This document shows positions 27,938 through 38,415 of a DNA stretch of 64,000 bases, one piece after another; the stretch's first letter is position 1, and the number at the start of each line of letters is the position of its first letter. This DNA is from Minisyncoccota bacterium (GTDB taxonomy: Bacteria; Patescibacteriota; Minisyncoccia; Phycocordibacterales; UBA1006). The notes beneath the pieces are model-generated. The model worked only from the letters and a program-made list of their open reading frames with translations. It ran no database searches and had not been told where the DNA came from. The DNA lies in the NCBI GenBank assembly GCA_036405175.1, contig DASWYC010000002.1, positions 467,714-531,713 of the forward strand, read 5' to 3'. Made by a program: the position numbers and the translations under genes.

Positions 27938-30286
27938 TTACGAAATTCTAGCAGTAGTAACCGTAGGTTGCTGTTCTTTGATTGCCTTAGTATCAAGATT
28001 TCCAAGAATCTCTGCAATCTGACCATACCACGCATTTTCCAATTCTTTAAAGAGACGGATACTTTCTTTCTTGTATTCAACTACCGGCTCACGTTGTCCG
28101 TATGAACGGAGTCCTGCTGACTGCTTTGACTGTTCAAGCAAATCAAGATGTTCTGACCACAATCGATCAAGTGCAAACAATGCAACGCGTCCAATAATAT
28201 CTTTGTATTGGGTTTCATCTAATTCTGAACGTTTAGCATCAATAGCTTCTCCAGCATCTGGATAACGTGATTTAGTTTCTTCAACAATTTCATTCAAGAT
28301 AGCCTCATCGCGAGACAAAATTCCATCACGGCGCTTGTAGATAAGGGTACGGTGATATGAGGCAACATCATCGTACTCAAGAATATGCTTACGAGAATCA
28401 AAGTGGAATCCTTCAACTCTATCTTGTGCATCTTCAAGACGACTGCTCAAAAATCCAAGACTTACTGGCTCAGTACTATCTGCAACACCCAAACTCTTGG
28501 CAAGTTCTTTTACTTTATCTCCACCGAAGATACGCATAAGATCATCATCCAACGAAACATAGAACTGAGTTTTTCCAGGATCTCCCTGACGCCCCGTACG
28601 TCCACGGAGCTGGTTATCAATACGGCGTGCTTCATGACGTTCGGTTCCAAGAACAAACAAGCCACCAAGTGCACGGATCTCATCCGCCTCTTCTTGTGTT
28701 GCTTGTGGTCCACCCAACTTAATATCAACTCCACGTCCTGCCATATTAGTTGCAATGGTTACCGATCCTCTCTTTCCTGCTTCTGCAATTACCAATCCTT
28801 CTGCTTCATGATTTTTTGCGTTCAATACCGTATGACGAACACCGGCACGGGTAAGATATTGTGAAAGCAATTCGTTCTTTTCAATTGCAACGGTACCAAT
28901 CAAAATTGGCTGACCAGTCTTGTGGATCTCTTTAATATGTTCAACGATTGCATTGTATTTTGCTTTGATATCGATAAAGATGAGGTCAGACAAATCAACA
29001 CGAGCAATTGGGCGATGTGTTGGGATTGGAACAACATCCAAGTTATACACGCGCGCAAATTCTTCTTTTGAAGTCATTGCGGTTCCGGTCATTCCTGCCA
29101 ACTTTTTATAAAGCTTAAAGTAGTTCTGATAGGTAATAGACGCAAGCGTACGTGATTCTGACTGAATCTCTACACCTTCTTTGGCTTCAATAGACTGATG
29201 AAGACCGTCACTCCAGCGGCGTCCTTCCTGAAGGCGTCCAGTAAATGGATCAACGATCATTACTTCACCATTACGTACTACGTAATCAATATCATTTTTA
29301 TATAAATGACGAGCTTTGATTGCAGTCTCAACATGATGTACATACTTCATGTTTTCTGCAGTGTACAGATTATCAAGCCCAAGCTCTTTTTCAATCTTTG
29401 CAATACCCTGCTTAGTTACCTGAATAGCTTTAAGTTTTTCATCAAGCTTAAAATCATCTTCTGGGGAAAGGATTGATGCAATTCGTGATGCAACTTTATA
29501 AAGCTCTGCAGCATCATCAGCTTGTCCAGAGAGAATCAACGGAACGCGTGCTTCATCGATCAAAATTGAGTCCGCCTCATCGACGAGTGCAAATGCATGA
29601 ACACGCTGCACTTTATCTTCAATACGAATTACGGTGTTATCGCGGAGATAATCAAATCCATATTCATGGTTGGTTCCGTAGGTAATATCACATGCGTATG
29701 CTTCTTTGCGCGTACATGGTTTCAAAAACTCTTCGTATACTTTGTAGTATCCTGCGGTATCAGCTTCGTTATCGAGCTGTTTTGCAGAAGGATCATACAT
29801 ATATGAAACCTGATTTGAGTTAATAATTCCCACACTCAATCCCAATGCGTTGTATACCTGTCCCATTTGTTCCCCATCGCGTTTTGCAAGATAGTCGTTT
29901 ACCGTTACCACGTGTGCCCCCTGCCCTTGCAATGCTGCAAGATATACCGGAATCGTTGCAACCAATGTCTTTCCTTCTCCTGTTCTCATCTCGGCAATCA
30001 TTCCCTTAAAGAGTACGATTCCTCCGATTACCTGCACATCAAAATGACGCATGTTAAGCGTACGCTTTGCAGCTTCACGCACTACGGCAATTGCTTCTGG
30101 CATGAGTTTGTCAAAATCCTCACCCCTTGAAAGGCGATCTTTGAATTCTGTAGTTTTTGATTTAAGCTCCTCATCGGTAAGCTTTTGGATGCTTTCTTCA
30201 AAATTATTCACCAATGTTACGATTGGTCTGATTTTTGCAAGAATGCGTTCGTGTTCAGGTTTAAAAAGCGAGGTCAAAAAGTTCAT
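27938..30286 (-). CDS. secA: preprotein translocase subunit SecA
   Basis: 782 aa with DEAD-like motor motifs, PPXD and HSD regions; N-terminus MNFLTSLFKPEHERILAK. Confidence 0.95.
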   Translation of the reverse strand: MNFLTSLFKPEHERILAKIRPIVTLVNNFEESIQKLTDEELKSKTTEFKDRLSRGEDFDKLMPEAIAVVREAAKRTLNMRHFDVQVIGGIVLFKGMIAEMRTGEGKTLVATIPVYLAALQGQGAHVVTVNDYLAKRDGEQMGQVYNALGLSVGIINSNQVSYMYDPSAKQLDNEADTAGYYKVYEEFLKPCTRKEAYACDITYGTNHEYGFDYLRDNTVIRIEDKVQRVHAFALVDEADSILIDEARVPLILSGQADDAAELYKVASRIASILSPEDDFKLDEKLKAIQVTKQGIAKIEKELGLDNLYTAENMKYVHHVETAIKARHLYKNDIDYVVRNGEVMIVDPFTGRLQEGRRWSDGLHQSIEAKEGVEIQSESRTLASITYQNYFKLYKKLAGMTGTAMTSKEEFARVYNLDVVPIPTHRPIARVDLSDLIFIDIKAKYNAIVEHIKEIHKTGQPILIGTVAIEKNELLSQYLTRAGVRHTVLNAKNHEAEGLVIAEAGKRGSVTIATNMAGRGVDIKLGGPQATQEEADEIRALGGLFVLGTERHEARRIDNQLRGRTGRQGDPGKTQFYVSLDDDLMRIFGGDKVKELAKSLGVADSTEPVSLGFLSSRLEDAQDRVEGFHFDSRKHILEYDDVASYHRTLIYKRRDGILSRDEAILNEIVEETKSRYPDAGEAIDAKRSELDETQYKDIIGRVALFALDRLWSEHLDLLEQSKQSAGLRSYGQREPVVEYKKESIRLFKELENAWYGQIAEILGNLDTKAIKEQQPTVTTARIS

Positions 30287-30526
30287 AAAATAAAAGGTTG
30301 TTAGCCGGTAATTGAGATGAGGATATCTAGGAAAATCCTGTATATAAAATACCCCGAATTAGCACTGATGGCAAGCGGAAGAACGACCTCCTATCAAACG
30401 TTTATGAGTGCTCCGCATGCCGTCACTGATAACTCAGGGTACTGTCTAAGTATACTCCTCCCTGAGGGCTTGGTTTGGGAGTTTCCACAGAATAAAGCTG
30501 ATTGTAAGGGATTTTGTCAATAAAAA

Positions 30527-30556
30527 AGCCCCTCATTTTTATCATGAGGGGTTAAA
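30527..30556. terminator. hairpin terminator
   Basis: AAAAAAGCCCCTCAT-TTTTAT-CATGAGGGGTT downstream of the 30563-30976 gene. Confidence 0.65.
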
Positions 30557-30562
30557 GGACTG

Positions 30563-30976
30563 CTAATAATCTTCATAGTCCTCTATCAGAGTACAATCCC
30601 AAGAATAATTCTGAGGATTATCTTCATCTGGAATAACATGAACATTATCAAAAAAGATGCCGGTAAGTGCCGAGTCAACCTTTCTAAAATCGTTGAATAG
30701 TTCTAACTTCAAAACTTGCATACAGATATACGCACGCATTATTTGAGTGGGATACTGTTCAGCTTGAAGCTTTAAGTCGAGTTTTCCGATTTCTTGACAC
30801 TGTTCATCAGAGCAACCACCTTCTTTCAATGCTTTATTGAATTCAGGCACCGATATCATTGTATTCTCACTCACGATTTTCTCAAGGTGAAGTCTGACTT
30901 GCTTATCTGTGAAGCTATAAATGATGGAGTAAACCATAGCAGCTCCAAGAGACATTTTTAATTCAAAGCTTTTCAT
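30563..30976 (-). CDS. hypothetical protein
   Basis: 137-aa ORF, acidic C-terminus, no recognised motif. Confidence 0.4.
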   Translation of the reverse strand: MKSFELKMSLGAAMVYSIIYSFTDKQVRLHLEKIVSENTMISVPEFNKALKEGGCSDEQCQEIGKLDLKLQAEQYPTQIMRAYICMQVLKLELFNDFRKVDSALTGIFFDNVHVIPDEDNPQNYSWDCTLIEDYEDY

Positions 30977-31053
30977 CTATTTAAGTTTTAAATGTTTGCG
31001 AATATACTGATAGAAGTATAATACTATTATATTTATATATGTCAATATCTTTT

Positions 31054-31824
31054 CTATTTTCCTAAGATGTCTTTGACCTCTTGGAAGGTTAAGGTTTCTG
31101 GCCGTCTGATTAAAAGCTCTTCTGAAAGATTTGGAATAAGTGATTCAAACTCACTTCCCATCAGGTTATTACGGATAGTTTTACGTGGCATTCTATAGAG
31201 TGTTTTTATTAGACTAAAAAATATAGCAAGATCGGTTGGAAGTTCTGGCTTTTTGATATTTTCAATACTCAACAATCCCGCATCAACATTTGGTGCCGGA
31301 GAAAACGATCCTCGTGCAATAGTTTTAAGATATTTTGGTGTTCCAAAAATTTCAATTGAATGAGAAAGAATTGAAGAATCACCATCACGCTTAACAATTC
31401 TATCAGCAACTTCTTTTTGAATAATCAGACACACGCGTTGCGGCAACACACTCGCTTCTTCTAAAATGCGTCTAAAAATGAGACCAGTGATATAAAACGG
31501 AATATTCGCAACTACCTGATATTTCCCCCCTACTATTTCTTCATACCTAAAATTAGTGATATCACCTTCAAGCAACGTAAACGTTCCATTTTCAATTTCA
31601 CTCGCAAATTCTTCTTGCAAAATTGGAATTAAATCATGATCAGCCTCAAGAGAAGCTACTTTAACACCACGCTTTAATAACTCACGCGTCAACACGCCTC
31701 GCCCCGGACCAATTTCAAAAACTGGAATAGTTATATCCAGATTCATCGTATCAACAATGTGTTCAATGGTTCGCCCACCGTTCAAGAAATTTTGCCCAAG
31801 TGACTTTTTTGCCTGAGGATACAT
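31054..31824 (-). CDS. rsmA: 16S rRNA (adenine1518/1519-N6)-dimethyltransferase
   Basis: LGQNFL N-terminal motif, SAM-binding EIGPGRGVLT, KsgA/Dim1 length. Confidence 0.85.
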   Translation of the reverse strand: MYPQAKKSLGQNFLNGGRTIEHIVDTMNLDITIPVFEIGPGRGVLTRELLKRGVKVASLEADHDLIPILQEEFASEIENGTFTLLEGDITNFRYEEIVGGKYQVVANIPFYITGLIFRRILEEASVLPQRVCLIIQKEVADRIVKRDGDSSILSHSIEIFGTPKYLKTIARGSFSPAPNVDAGLLSIENIKKPELPTDLAIFFSLIKTLYRMPRKTIRNNLMGSEFESLIPNLSEELLIRRPETLTFQEVKDILGK

Positions 31825-31904
31825 AGTTTTATTAGAAAGACTATATCATAACAAAAGCACCCAATCTACAAATCAGATTGAGTGCCAAGTTTAATACAAA
31901 AATT

Positions 31905-32351
31905 TTATTCCCCGTCTTCTTCATCATCGTCTTCTACAGGAAATTCAACGGTCTCTCCCTCGCAAGTTAGTTTACAACCATCAATAGGCACAACCAATAG
32001 GTCATCTTTTTGAGGGTCTTTATCCTGGACAAAGCCTGCACTAACAAAACCAAAGTTACGTTTTTCTAATTCGGGCTTGAAATTACGTGGATGATAGTAG
32101 TGCAGCTCTTTTAGTATCCCCGGCGTACATTCATCTTCTTTAACCTGAGTTAGGTTTAAAAAATTGCCAAAAATAAGGGTAGGAGAATGTAATACCCCAA
32201 CTACTTTAGCCCCTCCATTAACAATAACTACCTCCTTGCCAGCAAAACGGTTTACTACATCGTCCATAAGATCTCCTTCTTCCTGAGAAGGAAAACCTAA
32301 GCCTTTCATAAAGTCCTGAACTTCTTTTGAGTCGTCTTTTTTACTATACAT
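31905..32351 (-). CDS. hypothetical acidic protein
   Basis: 148 aa with a D/E-rich C-terminus, no motif. Confidence 0.45.
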   Translation of the reverse strand: MYSKKDDSKEVQDFMKGLGFPSQEEGDLMDDVVNRFAGKEVVIVNGGAKVVGVLHSPTLIFGNFLNLTQVKEDECTPGILKELHYYHPRNFKPELEKRNFGFVSAGFVQDKDPQKDDLLVVPIDGCKLTCEGETVEFPVEDDDEEDGE

Positions 32352-32432
32352 GTCAATAAGTGTTTAAAAGTTTATTGTAAAATATCAGTTTCGAGTATAT
32401 TATATCATATTAACTATATGATGTCAATACAA

Positions 32433-32462
32433 AAAGGGGCGCCCTTTGGGCGCCCCTTTTTC
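32433..32462. terminator. hairpin terminator after fusA
   Basis: AAAAGGGGCGCCC-TTT-GGGCGCCCCTTTTT GC-rich palindrome. Confidence 0.75.
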
Positions 32463-32481
32463 TCATTTATAGAAAGAAAAA

Positions 32482-34641
32482 TTATTCTTCTTTCTTCATT
32501 CCACGCTTCTTAATGATGTCTTCTTGAACATTCATTGGAACAGCATCGTAACGAGCAAACTCCATTACAAAGGCTCCACGTCCAGACGTCATAGAACGAA
32601 GCTGGTTCATGTATCCGAACATTGATGCCAATGGAACGGTTGCACGAATTGCTTGCGCAAATCCACGCTGTTCTGTTCCTTCAATAATTCCACGCTTTGA
32701 AGAAAGGTCTCCGGTAACATCTCCCACATATTCATCTGGAACGGTTACTTCAACTTTCATCATAGGCTCAAGAATTACCGGACCTGCACGGCGAGCTCCT
32801 TCTTGGAATGCCATAGATGCTGCCAAACGGAACGCAAGTTCTGATGAGTCAACATCGTGCATAGATCCAAAGGTAAGTTCTGCAGAAACATTGGTGAGTG
32901 GATATCCCGCAAGAACTCCACGATCCATGGTTTCTTTAATTCCCTTCTTAACAGCTGGAATAAATTCTTGTGCAATAACTCCTCCCTTGATTGAGTTGAT
33001 GAATTCAAATCCTTCTTCTCGTTCAACGTTCTTAGGAATTTTTGCCCCTTCTTCAATTTCTTCAAGCGGCTTGAAGGTAAGCACCACGTGTCCATACTGT
33101 CCTTTTCCTCCTGACTGCTTAACATACTTGTGTTCAACATCAGCAACGGGACGAGTAATAGTTTCGCGGTACGCAACCTGAGGTGTTCCAACATTAGCTT
33201 CAACACCAAATTCGCGTTTCATACGATCAACCAAAATTTCAAGGTGAAGTTCTCCCATTCCCGAGATAATCGTATCAAGAGTTTCTGGATCGGTCTTAAC
33301 TTTGAAGGTAGGATCTTCTGCCATCAAGCGGTTAAGTGCCATTCCCATTTTTTCCTGATCAACCTTGGTTTTTGGTTCGATCTTAAGTGATACCACTGGC
33401 TCTGGGAAGTCAATTCCTTCCAAGAGCACTGGTGAATCTTCTACACACAAGGTGTCTCCGGTGGTGCAGTCTTTAAGACCTACTGCCGCAGCAATTTCTC
33501 CTGCGTACACAGATTTAACTTCTTCACGCTTGTTTGCGTGCATACGAAGAATACGTCCGATGCGTTCCTTGTTTCCGGTACGCATGTTTACGATGTAACT
33601 TCCTGCTTCAAGTACTCCAGAGTACACACGAATATAGGTAAGCTGTCCAACGTATGGATCGTTCTGCAATTTAAATGCGAGCGCTGAGAATGGTTCCTTA
33701 TCATCAGCATGGCGAACAACTTCTTCTCCGGTCTCAGGGTTGTGCCCTTTGATTGGTGGAATATCAGTTGGTGATGGAAGATATTCAATAACGGCATCGA
33801 GCACCAATTGAACTCCCTTGTTTCTAAGAGCAGTTCCGGTAAATACTGGGAAAATTTCCGCAGCAATTACTGCTTTACGAACGGTCTTCTTAAGTTCATC
33901 AATTGAGATTTGTTCTCCGGCAAGATAGCGGTTCATGAGTTCTTCGTCGTTTTCAACGATTTTCTCAATCAAGATATCATGATACTTTTGAGCTTCAGCC
34001 TTCAATTCTTCTGGAATTTCATGTTCAATAATTTTATTTCCCATGTCTCCTTCAAAGGTGTATGCCTTCATTTTCATGAGGTCAATAACTCCTTGCATGG
34101 TATCTTCTTCTCCCCATGGAAGTTGGAAGCGTACCGCCTTTGGTGTCAGGCGATTCAAGATTGATTGGTATGAACGTTCAAATGACGCACCAGTACGGTC
34201 AATCTTGTTGATAAAACAAACACGAGGAACTTTATATTTATCTGCTTGGCGCCACACCGTTTCTGACTGTGGTTCTACTCCAGCCACTCCATCAAACACG
34301 GTTACTGCACCATCGAGCACTTTCAATGAGCGCTCAACTTCTACGGTAAAGTCTACGTGACCTGGGGTGTCGATAATATTAAAGCGATGTTCCTTATCTT
34401 TGTTGTCTTTGTCGTAGGTTGGACGCCAGAAACAAGTAGTTGCTGCAGAGGTGATAGTAATTCCACGCTCCTTCTCCTGTTCCATCCAGTCCATCGTTGC
34501 TGCTCCTTCGTGTACTTCTCCAATTTTGTGAGACACTCCGGTATAGAAAAGAATACGTTCAGTGGTGGTAGTCTTTCCTGCATCGATGTGGGCGATAATT
34601 CCAAAGTTACGAACTTTGTCTAGGGGGTAATCACGACTCAT
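32482..34641 (-). CDS. fusA: elongation factor G
   Basis: GTPase G1-G5 ([22 protein letters not shown]) and EF-G domains II-V. Confidence 0.95.
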   Translation of the reverse strand: MSRDYPLDKVRNFGIIAHIDAGKTTTTERILFYTGVSHKIGEVHEGAATMDWMEQEKERGITITSAATTCFWRPTYDKDNKDKEHRFNIIDTPGHVDFTVEVERSLKVLDGAVTVFDGVAGVEPQSETVWRQADKYKVPRVCFINKIDRTGASFERSYQSILNRLTPKAVRFQLPWGEEDTMQGVIDLMKMKAYTFEGDMGNKIIEHEIPEELKAEAQKYHDILIEKIVENDEELMNRYLAGEQISIDELKKTVRKAVIAAEIFPVFTGTALRNKGVQLVLDAVIEYLPSPTDIPPIKGHNPETGEEVVRHADDKEPFSALAFKLQNDPYVGQLTYIRVYSGVLEAGSYIVNMRTGNKERIGRILRMHANKREEVKSVYAGEIAAAVGLKDCTTGDTLCVEDSPVLLEGIDFPEPVVSLKIEPKTKVDQEKMGMALNRLMAEDPTFKVKTDPETLDTIISGMGELHLEILVDRMKREFGVEANVGTPQVAYRETITRPVADVEHKYVKQSGGKGQYGHVVLTFKPLEEIEEGAKIPKNVEREEGFEFINSIKGGVIAQEFIPAVKKGIKETMDRGVLAGYPLTNVSAELTFGSMHDVDSSELAFRLAASMAFQEGARRAGPVILEPMMKVEVTVPDEYVGDVTGDLSSKRGIIEGTEQRGFAQAIRATVPLASMFGYMNQLRSMTSGRGAFVMEFARYDAVPMNVQEDIIKKRGMKKEE

Positions 34642-34738
34642 ATAAATATGATAGTTTTTCAGAACACGTTACGCCATTTCAAACAGCGCACAGTTATTCT
34701 GATAATTAGTTAATTCAATAAACAGGTACCTCAATAGA

Positions 34739-35209
34739 TTACCACGTAAAGTGTGCAAAGGCTTTGTTAGCTTCTGCCATTTTGTGGGTATTCTCTTTCT
34801 TACGAACTGCTGAACCTTCACCTTTTGAGGCTTGGATAATTTCATCAGCAAGACGTTCATGAGTTGGCTTTCCTTTTCCTGAGCGTGTTGACTCAAGCAT
34901 CCAACGAAGTGCAAGTTGCACGCGGCGTTCTGGGCGAACTTCACGTGGAACCTGATAGTTTGCTCCTCCTACTCGGCGAGAACGAACTTCCATAAGTGGA
35001 GACGCGTTCTTAATAGCAAGATCAAATACTTCAAGCGGATTAGTGTTTCCTGTTTTTTCTTTAACAAGATCAAATGCTGCATATACTACGCGCTCTGCGG
35101 TTGATTTCTTTCCGTCGAGCATTACGTAGTTAATCAAGCGCGCAACCTTAATTGAGTTGAAATTAAGATCAGGCTTAACTGGGTACTTTCGTTTAATTGG
35201 TCTACGCAT
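34739..35209 (-). CDS. rpsG: 30S ribosomal protein S7
   Basis: MRRPIKRKYPVKPDLNFNSI... full-length uS7. Confidence 0.95.
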   Translation of the reverse strand: MRRPIKRKYPVKPDLNFNSIKVARLINYVMLDGKKSTAERVVYAAFDLVKEKTGNTNPLEVFDLAIKNASPLMEVRSRRVGGANYQVPREVRPERRVQLALRWMLESTRSGKGKPTHERLADEIIQASKGEGSAVRKKENTHKMAEANKAFAHFTW

Positions 35210-35213
35210 ACTT

Positions 35214-35636
35214 TTACTTCTTTACTGCTTTAGGGCGCTTAGTACCATAAAGTGATCGAGAAACACGGCGCTTGTCGATTCCTTTGGTATCAAACACACC
35301 ACGCACTACGTGATAACGAACTCCAATGAGGTCTTTCACACGACCACCACGAAGAAGCACTACTGAGTGTTCTTGGAGGTTATGACCTTCTCCTGGAATA
35401 TATGCGGTAACTTCTTTTCCGTTAGAAAGACGAACACGAGCGATCTTACGAAGCGCTGAGTTTGGTTTCTTTGGAGTTGTTGTTGAAACCTTCGTACACA
35501 CACCACGCTTAAATGGAGATGCGTATTCGGTTGGCTTGTTTTGAAGAGAGTTGAACCCTACACGGAAAGCCGTGGTACGTGTATTACGCACTTTGTCAGT
35601 TCGCCCCTTCTTGATGAGCTGTCTAATAGTCGACAT
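35214..35636 (-). CDS. rpsL: 30S ribosomal protein S12 (with about 13-aa N-terminal-region insertion)
   Basis: [22 protein letters not shown] and [19 protein letters not shown] conserved blocks. An extra [13 protein letters not shown] segment sits before KRGVC relative to E. coli S12. Confidence 0.95.
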   Translation of the reverse strand: MSTIRQLIKKGRTDKVRNTRTTAFRVGFNSLQNKPTEYASPFKRGVCTKVSTTTPKKPNSALRKIARVRLSNGKEVTAYIPGEGHNLQEHSVVLLRGGRVKDLIGVRYHVVRGVFDTKGIDKRRVSRSLYGTKRPKAVKK

Positions 35637-35835
35637 ATGATATAAAATTCAGAAGCCTTTTAAAATAAAGACTTTTTAGATAAAACTTAGTTTGGTTTGA
35701 GTATTTCCCAGCAAAGGATTTACTCATGATAATGTGTGGTTCACCGCCGAGTGATCCACCAAAGCACGAAGCAAGAATACCACGGGTTTGGGATTTTTGC
35801 AAGAAAAAAGCCCCAAAGGGACTTTTTAGCTTTTT

Positions 35836-36639
35836 CTATTCCTCCTCGCGAATTTCAATTTCTTCCACAAAGATTCTAATATCTCCATCCTCCTCAACTA
35901 CTGCTACTGGTTTTTCTACCATGCGAGGTTCTGGCGGAAGTTTTTTAGCTGCCTTTTTGGGTGCTACTTTTTTAGGAGCAGCCTTCTTTGGTGCAGCTTT
36001 GGCTGGAGCTTTTTTAGCAGGTGCCTTTTTTGCGGGAGCTTTTTTAGGAGCAGCTTTCTTAGCTGGTGCAGACTTTTTGGGTGATGATTTTTTAGCAGGA
36101 GTTTTAGCATTCTTTTTTGCAGCTTTCTCCTTTTCTGCCTGCTTCTTGGCATTTTCTACATCCTTGATTTCTTGTTGAAGCTTTTGAACATCTTTCAATA
36201 CCTGATCAGCGTGCTTAGCTGGAACTACTTTTCCATACACTTTCACAATCTTTCCCTGAGGATTAATCAAATACGAAACGCGTTGCATTGATTGGGTTAC
36301 CTTTTTACCATTATCTTTAACATTCAATACTCCATAGCGCTCAGCTACCTTTCCTTTTTCATCAGAAAGAACAGTGAATGGAAGCTTATAGTCTTTAGTA
36401 AATTTTTTGTGAGATTCCTGATCATCAAGAGAAACTCCAAGAATCTTTACCTTTGCTTTTTTAAAGTCTCCATATACATCACGAAATGAGCAGGCTTCAT
36501 CGGTGCAGCCGGGAGTAAAATCTTTTGGATAAAAATACAAAAGCACCCATGAATCTTTATAGTCTGCAAGGGTGTGTTTGTTGCCCTTGTAATCATACAG
36601 GCTGAGTGCAGGCGCCTTGGTTCCAGTCTCTAACAACAT
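35836..36639 (-). CDS. bcp: peroxiredoxin Bcp/PrxQ fused to C-terminal histone-H1-like Lys/Ala/Pro repeat tail
   Basis: Peroxidatic FTPGCT and resolving DEAC cysteines. Residues about 155-235 are AKK/PKK/APAKK repeats, followed by an acidic end. The DNA shows matching tandem degenerate repeats at 35950-36150. Confidence 0.8.
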   Translation of the reverse strand: MLLETGTKAPALSLYDYKGNKHTLADYKDSWVLLYFYPKDFTPGCTDEACSFRDVYGDFKKAKVKILGVSLDDQESHKKFTKDYKLPFTVLSDEKGKVAERYGVLNVKDNGKKVTQSMQRVSYLINPQGKIVKVYGKVVPAKHADQVLKDVQKLQQEIKDVENAKKQAEKEKAAKKNAKTPAKKSSPKKSAPAKKAAPKKAPAKKAPAKKAPAKAAPKKAAPKKVAPKKAAKKLPPEPRMVEKPVAVVEEDGDIRIFVEEIEIREEE

Positions 36640-36670
36640 ACAATCAATCAGATTACCTAGTATGCGAATA

Positions 36671-37249
36671 TTATAAATTATTTTCCAAAGAAATACGAAG
36701 TCTGTACACGATTGGCATCACTACACCACTAACAATAGTGCTTATCAAGAGAAATGCGAGCAAATGTGTTGATGGAATTTGGTCAAAAATACGGAAATAT
36801 GAGAAACAAAGAATAGTTCCGTGGGCAAGAATGATTCCAGCGTATGAAATATACATCATCTTTACCTCCTTGGTTACCGTTTCTTGATACGTTGGCACAT
36901 GTGGTGTTCCCAGCAAGAGCCGAATATCGTTAAACTTTGGTAATGCATAGGTGGCGATCAAAAATGCATTTACCACCGTAACATAGGTCCATACCAAGAA
37001 TGTTCGTGTCTCATAGAGTGCATTAAGGTGCTCCGGATACAAAACAAATAAAAGGAGTGCAATGATGTGAATAAAGACACTCGTGATAAATGCGGTGGTT
37101 GCAACTGAGTATTCTGCACCAAACACATGAGGGATGCGTCCTGTATGCATGAACTGGAGCACTAAAATAGATTCAACAATAGCTGCCAAGAATCCTAAAA
37201 TTCCTGCCGATGCCATCACCCACCACACAATTCCTGCAAACATGTCCAT
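36671..37249 (-). CDS. hypothetical polytopic membrane protein
   Basis: 192 aa with 5-6 predicted TM helices. Confidence 0.45.
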   Translation of the reverse strand: MDMFAGIVWWVMASAGILGFLAAIVESILVLQFMHTGRIPHVFGAEYSVATTAFITSVFIHIIALLLFVLYPEHLNALYETRTFLVWTYVTVVNAFLIATYALPKFNDIRLLLGTPHVPTYQETVTKEVKMMYISYAGIILAHGTILCFSYFRIFDQIPSTHLLAFLLISTIVSGVVMPIVYRLRISLENNL

Positions 37250-37281
37250 GCGTTTAGTATATCAAAGTGTTTGAAGCGTTT

Positions 37282-37710
37282 TTAATTATTGAGCAAGACT
37301 TCAAGCACGCTGCGCTTTCGTGTGGGTGCTGGACCAAATTGATTAGTTCCCGGTGTTCCCTTTTTAACCAATAAGAAAATAAAAAGTGGCGCACTCATAT
37401 ATGGCAAGAATGAAATTAAAATAACAAGTGGTGTAATATTGCAATCCTTAAGACGACGTACGCTCAGTCCTACTGAAAAAATTCCCTGCAAAAAATAGAG
37501 CGGAAAGAGTGTCCACATGAATGATGATGAGCGAAGCACTGTATAAAAATGAAATGGTGAACCTTGAAGCACTTCTGGTGTAGTGAGTGCGATAAATCCA
37601 AGTGTAACAATACTAAACACAATACCATTTACAAGCATTGCCAGAAAAAATTGCATACGATTTACGCGACCTTCAAATACGCGAGCCCATAATCTGAGGA
37701 ATGAATTCAT
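37282..37710 (-). CDS. DUF805-like inner membrane protein
   Basis: FEGRVNRMQFFLAML matches the DUF805 (F.GRI.R.EFW) signature; start moved to the internal Met. Confidence 0.5.
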   Translation of the reverse strand: MNSFLRLWARVFEGRVNRMQFFLAMLVNGIVFSIVTLGFIALTTPEVLQGSPFHFYTVLRSSSFMWTLFPLYFLQGIFSVGLSVRRLKDCNITPLVILISFLPYMSAPLFIFLLVKKGTPGTNQFGPAPTRKRSVLEVLLNN

Positions 37711-37778
37711 GGAATGAGTATAACAAAAACTCAAGGTGGTGCCGAGCATTATGAAGGCTCAATAGATTGTTAAGTGTA

Positions 37779-37811
37779 AATGAGCGGCGCCTACGGCGCC
37801 GCTCATTTATT
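37779..37811. terminator. hairpin terminator
   Basis: AATGAGCGGCGCC-TAC-GGCGCCGCTCATT perfect 13-bp stem downstream of the MGMT-like gene. Confidence 0.75.
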
Positions 37812-37814
37812 CAG

Positions 37815-38108
37815 CTACTTCCCTGCTTCTGCTTTTTCTTTGGCAAGGATTTCTTGCTTAACTGCTACTCCTCCGCGATTATACCCGTGCATTTTCCCAT
37901 CTGATCCAATTACCCTGTGACATGGCACGTCGGGAAGATAATTATTCTTCATAAACATTCCTACTGCACGAGCAGCATTGGGGCTGCCTGCCAATGTAGC
38001 AACCTCTTTATAGGTTTTGGTTTCCCCTTTTGGAATCTTGCGCACAATATCAAGTACTTTTTCTTTAAATGGAGATGTTACAGGCATAGTCCTTTGATTA
38101 TATGACAA
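37815..38108 (-). CDS. stand-alone methylated-DNA-[protein]-cysteine S-methyltransferase DNA-binding/active-site domain protein
   Basis: TYKEVATLAGSPNAARAVGMF...PCHRVIGSDGKMHGY with the PCHRV active-site cysteine; only 97 aa (C-terminal Ogt domain alone). Confidence 0.7.
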   Translation of the reverse strand: MSYNQRTMPVTSPFKEKVLDIVRKIPKGETKTYKEVATLAGSPNAARAVGMFMKNNYLPDVPCHRVIGSDGKMHGYNRGGVAVKQEILAKEKAEAGK

Positions 38109-38149
38109 AAAGAAAACCCTCGCAAAACTAAGGTTTTCTCATGCAATAA

Positions 38150-38401
38150 CTATCGCCTCCACGGTTGAGTCATCATATAATTATCAAACTGTCCGATTTT
38201 TTGATAGGTATAGTGGTGAGCGGAATAAATCTGACGCGCAGCCATCTTACCACCGCGATACATACCCTTCCCACCATGCTTAAAGATGGCAACGATAGCG
38301 ATTCGTATTCCGCTAAATGTAAGTGGAATTAAATGTGAAAAAAGCTTAAATAACTCATTTCTCAAAACGAATGCGGCACCGAGAATAAGATACAAATACA
38401 T
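38150..38401 (-). CDS. small hypothetical membrane protein
   Basis: 83-aa ORF with one hydrophobic helix; weak. Confidence 0.25.
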   Translation of the reverse strand: MYLYLILGAAFVLRNELFKLFSHLIPLTFSGIRIAIVAIFKHGGKGMYRGGKMAARQIYSAHHYTYQKIGQFDNYMMTQPWRR

Positions 38402-38415
38402 AAAAATATCCTAAA

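Noticed and set aside
30290-30525. Possible ncRNA (tmRNA/SRP) in the 270-nt region upstream of secA, including a 68-aa plus ORF
   Set aside because: No tRNA-like T-arm or acceptor, no SRP domain IV GGAA motif, and no credible tmRNA tag frame (best frame gives ...NVYECSACRH). Treated as secA 5' region plus the terminator of the upstream gene.
35726-36178. Plus-strand 150-aa ORF and minus 62-aa ORF inside the bcp tail region
   Set aside because: Generated by the low-complexity AKK/PKK repeat DNA read in other frames; bcp frame carries bona fide catalytic motifs.
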